From an uncultured Gammaproteobacteria bacterium (GTDB lineage Bacteria; Patescibacteriota; Patescibacteriia; UBA9570; XYC2-FULL-38-9): a stretch of 64,000 nt of DNA. The notes beneath the pieces are model-generated. The model was not told the origin of the DNA and did not search any database. It saw only the letters and a list, made by a program, of their open reading frames with translations. The position numbers and the translations under genes were made by a program. Position 1 is the first letter of the stretch. Every line of letters starts with the position of its first letter. This document shows positions 18,215-26,800 of this stretch, one piece after another. The stretch covers positions 148,467 through 212,466 of the forward strand of contig CAYFNF010000003.1 in the NCBI GenBank assembly GCA_964344485.1, read 5' to 3'.

Positions 18215-21200
18215 TTATGTTGTTATCCTACCATATCCCATTACTGTTGGAAGTAGTCTCATTGGGCTAATATCTCGATATCGTGTCTTGCCTGGTTCCC
18301 CGGTTGGCTCTTCCATGCGAGCAAGATACGCCCCGGTTGCTAGAGACTTCATAAATTTCTCGAACCCTTCATGGATTGCGCGTCCTCCTTCAGAGATAAT
18401 CATCAATACCTCTTTATACTTCTCACCGGTTTCCAAGGTGCCTGACACCACCGCAGCAACACGTTCTAACTGTTCTGCTTCAACATCAGGCACAAACGTG
18501 CGAATTCCCTCTTGCACTAACGCCGGGTTCTGGAATTGTGCGAGCATGCCTAAGAATATCTTCTTAATGCTATCAATCTCTGTTTGCGCGATCTCGCCCG
18601 CGCTTCCAAGGTCCAGCTCTCCGAGTTCACCATCTGGCGTGACCACCCAATTTCCTGGGTGCGGATCTGCTTGAAATCGTCCTTTCACGAATATTTGATA
18701 CATGAGCGCGTCAAACGCTTGTACGTGGATATCTTCTAATCGACCGACGAGACCTTCATACGCAGTCATTTCATCTGGCTGCAAGTCGTATTTCGCTTGA
18801 AAATCTGCCAAGGTGCGTCGCCCCATTGCTACGTCAGTTAATTCTCGTAACGACAACCCTCGAATCTCCTCTTCTAATATATGTTCTTCACTGTGATCTA
18901 GGATCTCTGCAATGCGCACCGGGAACAGACGCGCCATAGCTGCTTGTGGGTAGTCTTCCATAGCCGCAGCCACTGCTTCATGATTCCGTACTTCTTCTTG
19001 GAAGTTTGCCTCATCACGTAACCAACGACCGATACGATCTTCCAAACCATCAGGTACAGTAAAATCTGCTTCGCGAAGATTTCCCATAATCCTATTCAGT
19101 ACCCGAAGGTCTTCCCCGAGATGCTTTGCAATAGATGGTCTTCGCACTTTTGCAATCACACGCTGTCCGTCTTCTCTAGTCGCACGATAGACTTGTTTAA
19201 TTGACGCAGCAGAGATTCGTCTGTCCATAGAAACCAGCCGATGTGGATGGCCTTCTTCAAACTGTCCCACTGCTCCCATCATGTGCATGCTGGCAGTACG
19301 GTGGAACGTTTTTGCGTTCTGTTGGAGCTTGCGCAATTCCTCGGCGATGTCATCAGGGAGCAACGGGGTACCGTCCGCGTTCTTTTCTTCAGCTAAGACT
19401 TGGCCTGCTTTAATACCGACTGGCCCGACCGCTTCTAGTAATCCACGCAGGCGTTCTCCAATTGTAGAGTCTCCTTGTCCGCGTAGTACTTCCATCATCT
19501 CGATGTAGACTTTTGCACGTCGGAATGGACCGTACTCTTGTAATGCAGTTGTAAAGATCACTCGTACTGCTTCTCTTCCTCTCTCTCCCAGTGCTTCTGC
19601 TGCTTCAGGTGGAAAGACTCGCTCAAACGATCGATCAATAAATTCTTGGAATATCGCTTCGTCTTCTTCTTCGCGCGGGTCCATGACACCGTTCTCTCCA
19701 AAGAGCAAACGGATATAGGTCTCTTCGCGTTCCTGTGGAGTGGCTGCAAAGAGTAGGTCTGGCATGTCTTCCACTGAGCACTCATTATGTCCACCGAATG
19801 CACGTAATATGCGCGGAGGTTGATCAGTCTCTCCGATAGTCCATAATACAAATTCTTTTCTGTCTTCACGGTTTAAATATGCTAAAACCGAATTGATTTT
19901 CTCTACTGTAGATTGTTGTGATAGTTCTGCGTCCTCGGTGGTGCGTCGTTGTACATCAAAAAGACGGCGTGTGATTTCCCGTGCTTGTGGAGGAGTGCGG
20001 ACTACGCCAGTATCTCCAAGTTGCAATAGCGCTTCACCCCGTACATGTGATGCGTGTGGGTAGAGCTCACTGATACGATCCAATTCGCTCGCAAAGGTCT
20101 CTTCCCCTGTTGCAAGGTGTTCTCGGAATAATGAATTCGCTCTTCGTGACCAAAGCTGCTGATGCGCTTGATCTGCAAACAGTGGAATGGTTCGTTGATA
20201 AAACGTATATAGTTCATGTGCAACATCTGGCTGAATCTCGTTCCCTTCTGGTGCAACAACTTCGTGTCCGTTCGTAGTAAGGCCACGCTCTTGTAGTAAT
20301 GCTGTTTCTATGGCGCCTAATAATTCATCACGATAATTCGTCACCTCTGGAATGAGTTCTTGAACGCGGTCCACTCTTCCAACTGCGGGGATCGAGGGAT
20401 CCGCTGGTAATTGAGTGTAGTCTATATAGAACTCTAGTGCATTGTACCGCTCTGAGTATTTGCGGTCCCCTCGGAATATCGTAGTAAAGCTCGGCGCAGA
20501 AGGATCATACGCTGCAGCATCAGATTCGATATTACGGGGGATCAACTCACTAGTGCTTTTTGAATAATGCGACTCTCGATCTATCGGGTGATAACGTTGA
20601 ACGAATCCACTCTCCACCACCTCATCTGGAAGCGCTCCTGGATGATACACTCGAAAGATGTCGCGAAGCTGCGTATCACGTGTGGAAACTGGAACAAACT
20701 GCGTTATAGCTGCAACACTCTCATCTTCTGATCGCTCATCTGGTTCCACATGCCATCTGCCCCATTGCCATATAATGCCGTGCGCTTCTAGTGCTCGTTG
20801 CATAATTGAATATGTAACCCCGCGATCAATACGATCCACGCCCCATTCTCCACTTCTATCTTCGGCTTGTTTGCATTTCCCTTCTATCTCTACGCAATAC
20901 CGTGCGAGCTCTTCTAGCTCTGGCTGAGTGAGTGCATCAAATGCTGCTTGTAAATCTGCAGCGTGTGGTGAAACGCTGGTATCAAAATTAATCGCGCCGT
21001 CTCGCAGCACTCTCTTCAGCGGCGCAACGATGGAATCGCCTGGATTAAGCACCATATACAACCGAACATACTCAATAGACAGCGAAATGCTATAGATAGC
21101 AGCTGCTTTATCGCGCTCTGTATAATCCTCAACTTCACGTCTGTCGATACAGTCGCTATCCCACTTCGGTACCACATCAAGTGCTGCCTCTAAAAAGTCT

Positions 21201-23764
21201 AACTGCTCTTGCTCTGACATACGTGCTCGTCGCTCTGCATCATTCCATGCTCCTCGAATGTGCGTCCATATTACTGAGGGATCTTCTCCTTCTAGAAAGC
21301 GGAGCATCTCTGCAGGTGGAACAGAATCAGAACATGATGATATAATCGCATCCAGAAACTCTTGTCGAGCTCGTTTAGATTCATACGTCACTGCAGGGTA
21401 TAGATGAAGTATCGGTGCGGCTCGCTCAACTAAGTCATCGTATGATGCTATCCCGACTTCATGCAACAATCCAACTAACTCAGCTTGATGCAGAGAAGCA
21501 ACTTCAGCATGGGAAACCTGTAAAATACTATGCATCTGTTCTAGGCGTTCTTGAGGGGTGAGTGTTTGAAACCCTTCTCTCTCAGCTCGTGCTTGGATCG
21601 CACGAGTTACCACGTGCTCCCATAATACATAGATAGCATCAGCACCGCGGAGAGGTGCGTCAAATCCTGTTTCTTCTAAAAATAATTCGTTCGCTGAGGG
21701 TCTCGCTTCTATAGCTGGTTGTGGAAAGTGGCGTAACCACTGTTCACACTCCTGTTGTGAAAGTGTTGCAACAAAACCTTCAAGTTCCGCGGGTTGATAT
21801 CCTCTTGCAGATAACTTCATGGCGAGTTCAGCAACCAACTGTCCAAGTGTAGCGGCGTGCTCTGCTGAAAGTAATGCGCGACCCTCTGCGCTAGTAGTAT
21901 ACCGCTGTGCAAACCGCTGAGCGAGTTCCGGAAGTATACGATCAACAGTAGGAGAAGGAATGGTCCGTGGTTCTAAGGCTGGCATGGATTCTCCTGTGGC
22001 AATTGCTTGTCCTAACGCGGCAAGCGCTTCATTGTCATCACTATCAAACGCGTTTCGCGCTTCCATCATGAGAACTTGCCTGATGACTGCTACTCTTCCC
22101 TCTGGAGTTGAGACATCATCTGCTCTACGTAACTCTTCAGGTAGATAATGCTCTCTTGTGAGGTCGACTGTTAAGACACCTTGAGTGAGTTTGTCCAGCT
22201 GCATCTTCCAATTGCGTGCTTGGTCATGAAAAAATGGGGTACTGCTTTCACTGCAGAGAGTCATAAGCTCTTCAGGCTCTGCTGCACGCACTTGCTCTTT
22301 TACTGCATCATTATATTCATATCCGTCTTCTTTCGGCCCGTCGATATCTGCGTTAGAAATAAGCGTGTCTAGCGTGTCAGCGGACACACCATCAACTACT
22401 GCTTCTAGCTGTGCACGAAGATGCTGTACTTTACGTTGTAGTTCAATACGTGCTGCAAGCTTTGCTGCTTTTTCATGATCGTCCGGGTCTTCATCAGCAG
22501 CTGCTTGCGCTTGTGGAATTTGCTCACTGAGAAACCGTAGTGTTTCATCATATGCTTTGATTACTTCCGCGCGTTGCCGCTGCAGTCGCGTGTGCAGCGA
22601 TCGTTCAAATTTCTCTTCGTCATACGGCCCTTCCTCTACTTGTGCCCCAAAATCAAATTCTCTATCCATATATCGAGAGAGTTTATCCGGTGCTACCGAA
22701 GCCCTTGCCAAATACTCTGCTCTTCCTTCAGAGTAATGGTAACCGTAATATGCGGCATGTAGTGCATTGAGCACTTCTGCAAAATTGTGAAGCACAATCC
22801 TCTGTGCATAGTGTTTTCGCATTCGCTCCTGCTCTGCTGCGTGATGAAATAACGCGTGACGATCTAATACAAAAGCAGCAACACCAACTTCAACCGCATC
22901 ATGAAAACTCTCAGCTTGAGCGATCATGTCTTCAATATGGTCTAAACCCTCAGCACGGTACAATCGCGTGCCAGGTCGGCCGGGTGGTTCATCGATAAAT
23001 GCACGTTGCACTTCTGCTGGAACAACGGTCGGCTCTTTTTCAATATTCGGTAGCCAGGTGTCTGGGCTCTCCACTAACTCCACGAGCTCTCTATATCTAT
23101 CAGCGGATCGAGGGTGGGATGTTCCAATAGGCAGATCATTCGATAGGCTTAATAGAAACTGGATAGCTGCTAATCCCTCACGTGGATTATATCCAGCTTG
23201 TGCAAGTGCGATCAGTCCACCACGGTCAGCGTCGTATTCCGCATTCAAGCGGCGCTGCTTCTCATCGTGATCTGGATAGTCTTCATGAACGACGCCTTCT
23301 TCAGTATGCTGATCAATATGTGTACTTTCATGCGCTGCCACCATAGCGATCATGTCTTCGGTCATTGGTCGACCGTGTCGTTCGCACCAGCGCCCAAGTT
23401 CTCGCAGCAATCCCATGTATGTGTAGACGTGCGCGTGCCCGCTTACGACAAACGCATTAATTCCGGGTGAATCAATTGCAACCACATCAGTGGCGGGAAT
23501 CGATAACTGCCGCTCAATTCTTGCTTGAATGCGTGCCAGCATCTCTTTTCGCGGATCATCATCATCTAGAATTCCAAAACGCTGCTCCAATTGATAGAGC
23601 ATTCGTCGTAAATACGCTTCTGTTTGGTCTTGCCTACTTTGTGCTTCTGCAAGCCCAATTATTTCTACTCTTGGCGGTTCATCATGATCAACTTCAGGAA
23701 CTTCAGCAATTGAACGTGCTGGTCGTGGTAGTCTGGATTCTGATGCTGCAGCGTGTGAGTTCAT
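18215..23764 (-). CDS. Giant fusion protein (1849 aa): N-terminal M48-like zinc peptidase motifs and a C-terminal UbiB/ABC1-type atypical kinase domain
   Basis: The N-terminus has SPGINAFVVSG...MIAMVAAHESTHID (HExxH at 23318-23332) and EYDADRGGLIALAQAGYNP, the M48 pattern. The C-terminus has AASIKQVYRATREDGQRVIAKVRRPSI and FQADPHPGNWVV (about 18650-18676), the ABC1/UbiB signatures. A TATAAT box at 23770-23775 lies 5 nt upstream of the ATG. Confidence 0.8.
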   Translation of the reverse strand: MNSHAAASESRLPRPARSIAEVPEVDHDEPPRVEIIGLAEAQSRQDQTEAYLRRMLYQLEQRFGILDDDDPRKEMLARIQARIERQLSIPATDVVAIDSPGINAFVVSGHAHVYTYMGLLRELGRWCERHGRPMTEDMIAMVAAHESTHIDQHTEEGVVHEDYPDHDEKQRRLNAEYDADRGGLIALAQAGYNPREGLAAIQFLLSLSNDLPIGTSHPRSADRYRELVELVESPDTWLPNIEKEPTVVPAEVQRAFIDEPPGRPGTRLYRAEGLDHIEDMIAQAESFHDAVEVGVAAFVLDRHALFHHAAEQERMRKHYAQRIVLHNFAEVLNALHAAYYGYHYSEGRAEYLARASVAPDKLSRYMDREFDFGAQVEEGPYDEEKFERSLHTRLQRQRAEVIKAYDETLRFLSEQIPQAQAAADEDPDDHEKAAKLAARIELQRKVQHLRAQLEAVVDGVSADTLDTLISNADIDGPKEDGYEYNDAVKEQVRAAEPEELMTLCSESSTPFFHDQARNWKMQLDKLTQGVLTVDLTREHYLPEELRRADDVSTPEGRVAVIRQVLMMEARNAFDSDDNEALAALGQAIATGESMPALEPRTIPSPTVDRILPELAQRFAQRYTTSAEGRALLSAEHAATLGQLVAELAMKLSARGYQPAELEGFVATLSQQECEQWLRHFPQPAIEARPSANELFLEETGFDAPLRGADAIYVLWEHVVTRAIQARAEREGFQTLTPQERLEQMHSILQVSHAEVASLHQAELVGLLHEVGIASYDDLVERAAPILHLYPAVTYESKRARQEFLDAIISSCSDSVPPAEMLRFLEGEDPSVIWTHIRGAWNDAERRARMSEQEQLDFLEAALDVVPKWDSDCIDRREVEDYTERDKAAAIYSISLSIEYVRLYMVLNPGDSIVAPLKRVLRDGAINFDTSVSPHAADLQAAFDALTQPELEELARYCVEIEGKCKQAEDRSGEWGVDRIDRGVTYSIMQRALEAHGIIWQWGRWHVEPDERSEDESVAAITQFVPVSTRDTQLRDIFRVYHPGALPDEVVESGFVQRYHPIDRESHYSKSTSELIPRNIESDAAAYDPSAPSFTTIFRGDRKYSERYNALEFYIDYTQLPADPSIPAVGRVDRVQELIPEVTNYRDELLGAIETALLQERGLTTNGHEVVAPEGNEIQPDVAHELYTFYQRTIPLFADQAHQQLWSRRANSLFREHLATGEETFASELDRISELYPHASHVRGEALLQLGDTGVVRTPPQAREITRRLFDVQRRTTEDAELSQQSTVEKINSVLAYLNREDRKEFVLWTIGETDQPPRILRAFGGHNECSVEDMPDLLFAATPQEREETYIRLLFGENGVMDPREEEDEAIFQEFIDRSFERVFPPEAAEALGERGREAVRVIFTTALQEYGPFRRAKVYIEMMEVLRGQGDSTIGERLRGLLEAVGPVGIKAGQVLAEEKNADGTPLLPDDIAEELRKLQQNAKTFHRTASMHMMGAVGQFEEGHPHRLVSMDRRISAASIKQVYRATREDGQRVIAKVRRPSIAKHLGEDLRVLNRIMGNLREADFTVPDGLEDRIGRWLRDEANFQEEVRNHEAVAAAMEDYPQAAMARLFPVRIAEILDHSEEHILEEEIRGLSLRELTDVAMGRRTLADFQAKYDLQPDEMTAYEGLVGRLEDIHVQAFDALMYQIFVKGRFQADPHPGNWVVTPDGELGELDLGSAGEIAQTEIDSIKKIFLGMLAQFQNPALVQEGIRTFVPDVEAEQLERVAAVVSGTLETGEKYKEVLMIISEGGRAIHEGFEKFMKSLATGAYLARMEEPTGEPGKTRYRDISPMRLLPTVMGYGRITT

Positions 23765-23832
23765 GTATGATTATAACAAATAAAAATATCACAAAATAGT
23801 GAAAAAGTCAATGGAATCCTCCAATACAATCA

Positions 23833-26800
23833 TTATGCAGCAGCAGCTGGCGGCTCGGGTTGCTGACGATGTCGATGATGGCTGAACCATGCTATACCAA
23901 CTAAGAATATAATGACGATTCCAATGTTAATCATCACCAGCATGGTGGTGCTTGAGAGGCGATTCTTCTCTTCAATCACAAACCGCGTGATCTCGACCTG
24001 GTCAGATTTCACACCGTTTACTTCGGTTTGAGCAAAAACGACGTGATCTCCTTCACCGAGCAACTCTGCTGGAACCGTAATACTCCATTTACCGTTGGTG
24101 TCTACTTGCGCGACTTTTACTAATGGGTCTGAATAGATCGTCAGAATTGCCACAGCAGACATCTCTCTATACTGCTCAGCAATCTCTCCGGAGATAGTAA
24201 TCTCGTTCTTCTGTTCTTCGACTGTGCCGCCGAATAATCGTCTTGTTGCATCAATAATATCCCACTGCTGAACTTGCGTATAGGTGACGGTCCCATCATC
24301 TGATACCGTCGGTTCGATTGTAGTGCTATCTTGCTGGAACTCTATATCCGCAGTGTCTTGCAGCTGTCCAGTCTCGGTGGTCTGCAATTCTTCTCTTTGC
24401 TGCTTGGTCAGCGGCACGACTTCATCTGTATATGTATACGGATTCTCTGGCGGTTGTTTGACTCCATCCTCAGCATATTGTGTTTTTATTAGCTCTTCAA
24501 ATTTCTTTACGTTCACTACAACCACATCTGGAAGGCCGGTGTCGGTTGAACCCCCTTGGATTGGGTTGGTGCCGTACTTCACTTCATCACTATCTGATAC
24601 GCCGTCGTCATCAGAATCCGTGTCTGTTGGGTCAGAACCCAAATCCACTTCGTCGGAATCGCTTACCCCATCTTGATCTGAGTCCGCGTCTTCTGGATCA
24701 GTACCTAGCTCTTTCTCTTGTTCATCAGTCAGGCCGTCTCCGTCACTATCGGTCTCAGCTGGCTCGGTGTCAGTTCCTTGGTCAGGGCCTGGGTCTGTGC
24801 CCTGGCTCGGATCGCCGGTGTCAGTGTCTGGAGTATCAGTAGAAGGAGTTTCTTGAGGGGTGGCAGGGGCTACGGGTACGCTCACAGGAGCACTTACTGG
24901 TGCTGACACAGTAAAGGTGATTTCATTCGAAGTAGTCTCTGGATAGCCAGCTTGTTCAGAAGTGACAGCGTATGCAGTATGCGTGCCTGTAGATAGTGCA
25001 GATGGACGACATGCAACAGAGCTGGTCTCTCCACCACCAGTTGCAGTAGTATCGCAAATTCTCTGCCCATCAACATAGATTTGGGTATAAGCACCAGTAC
25101 GTGCTAATAGAGTAATCCATGGTCGGTTATATGATGTCTGCGCGTCCACCACAACTTGTTGCATCACTGCTGCAGGGTATGGGGTTGCGCGTACAATAGT
25201 CTGTGGAGTAAATACCTTTATCACAGTATCTTTTTTCGTATTCACGACCTTTACCTTGATCGCATTCGCTCCAATTGATAGTGCGGTGGTTGGTGTGCCC
25301 TGATATGAAATCACTGGACCAGTGTCGCTGGTAATAGCAGCAGTTCCGCTCAACGTACCGTTTACGAACAGTTGTACTGCAACATCATCCACTGAGATAT
25401 TTCCGATATAGACGTTACCGAAAAAGACCGGGTTCTTACTAAACGTCACATTCGAAGTCAATTTACTTCGCTCCTCTTTTGGATAGATATGAAATCGATC
25501 TGACACTACAGAAGATCCGACCGTATACCGGACACTGGATGTCTTTCCCACATTCCCTTTCTTATCTTCGATATTTGCCTCAGACGTATGTTTGTCGTAA
25601 TTCTTCTGGATCTGCGAATCTACCTCCCATTCTCCTTGCGCGTCTGTGGTGTCAGAACCGTCTAACTCACCTTCGGTATATACAGAAACTTCAGACTCTG
25701 TTTCAGCAGTTCCACTAAATGAAACGTATTGGTTGTAAACAATGTCATTTTGTTCTGGCTCTTCGATTACTGCTGCAGGCGGGCCGATTGAGAAACTCGC
25801 GGTCTTCTCCCACTCTGTGGAGCTGGATCTACTAGCGGTCTTCACTTTTGTGTACAGCTCCCAGAGTCCGCGCTTCAGTGTAAACTCTGTTTCTGCTGTG
25901 CCGTTACTGCCGACCTGTTCTTCATTGATCTTCTCTGCGCCGTTCTTTACGCGCACAAATTTAAACACCACCCACTGGCCAGTGGTTCCGGTTGCTGATA
26001 GCTCTACCTTCAGACGACCGGTATCCTCCTGTGCACTCAGTCGATGTACGCTCGAAGGATCACTTCGCAACTGCTCTCCATTTACTGTTAGTGCGGTGGG
26101 TAACAGTGATGACGCTGATCCTTCCTGTGTAGTGAATGAGTCTACTGAAGAGTTCGATGTATTACTACTCGCATCCGCGCTCACTACCTGATAGTAATAT
26201 GTAGTGCTGCTTAAAAGCCCTGATACAGTCACTGAATGGCTCTTTGTTAATCCACTAGTTGTTTGTGACTGCGGAATTTGCTCAGTCTTTCCATATCGTA
26301 CTTGTGATGTTGCTTTTTCATTCGTGGTCCAAGTAATAACCGCGGATGTAGAACGGCGAGTGACTTGAATATCTGAAATAGTGGGCGCCGAAAGGTCTCC
26401 AGTATCTGTGGTTGGGATTACTGACCCTGAAGTAAACTGAGATGTATTGTTTGATGAGTCTGTTAGCGTTGCAGTGACTTTATAGTTAGAAGCATATGAT
26501 TCTAGAGTGCTCTTGGGAACATCAACGCTCCATGTTAAACTCGTGACCGCTGCTTCTGTTATATAGACCTCGCCTTCATTATTCCGGTCTACAAAGACCT
26601 CCACTGTTCCGTCACTAGATGCAGTACCCGAGACAGTGTATGTATCTCCTTGCAAAGAAATTGCACTGATCACTGGGGTAGCAAGCCCCTCATTTGCTCC
26701 ATCAATTAGATTAATTCCACTTGAGGAGTTGTTATAGATAGAATTCTGTGTTACTAAATTGTATTTAGTTCCACTTTGAGAGATGTTCAATCCATCTGCA

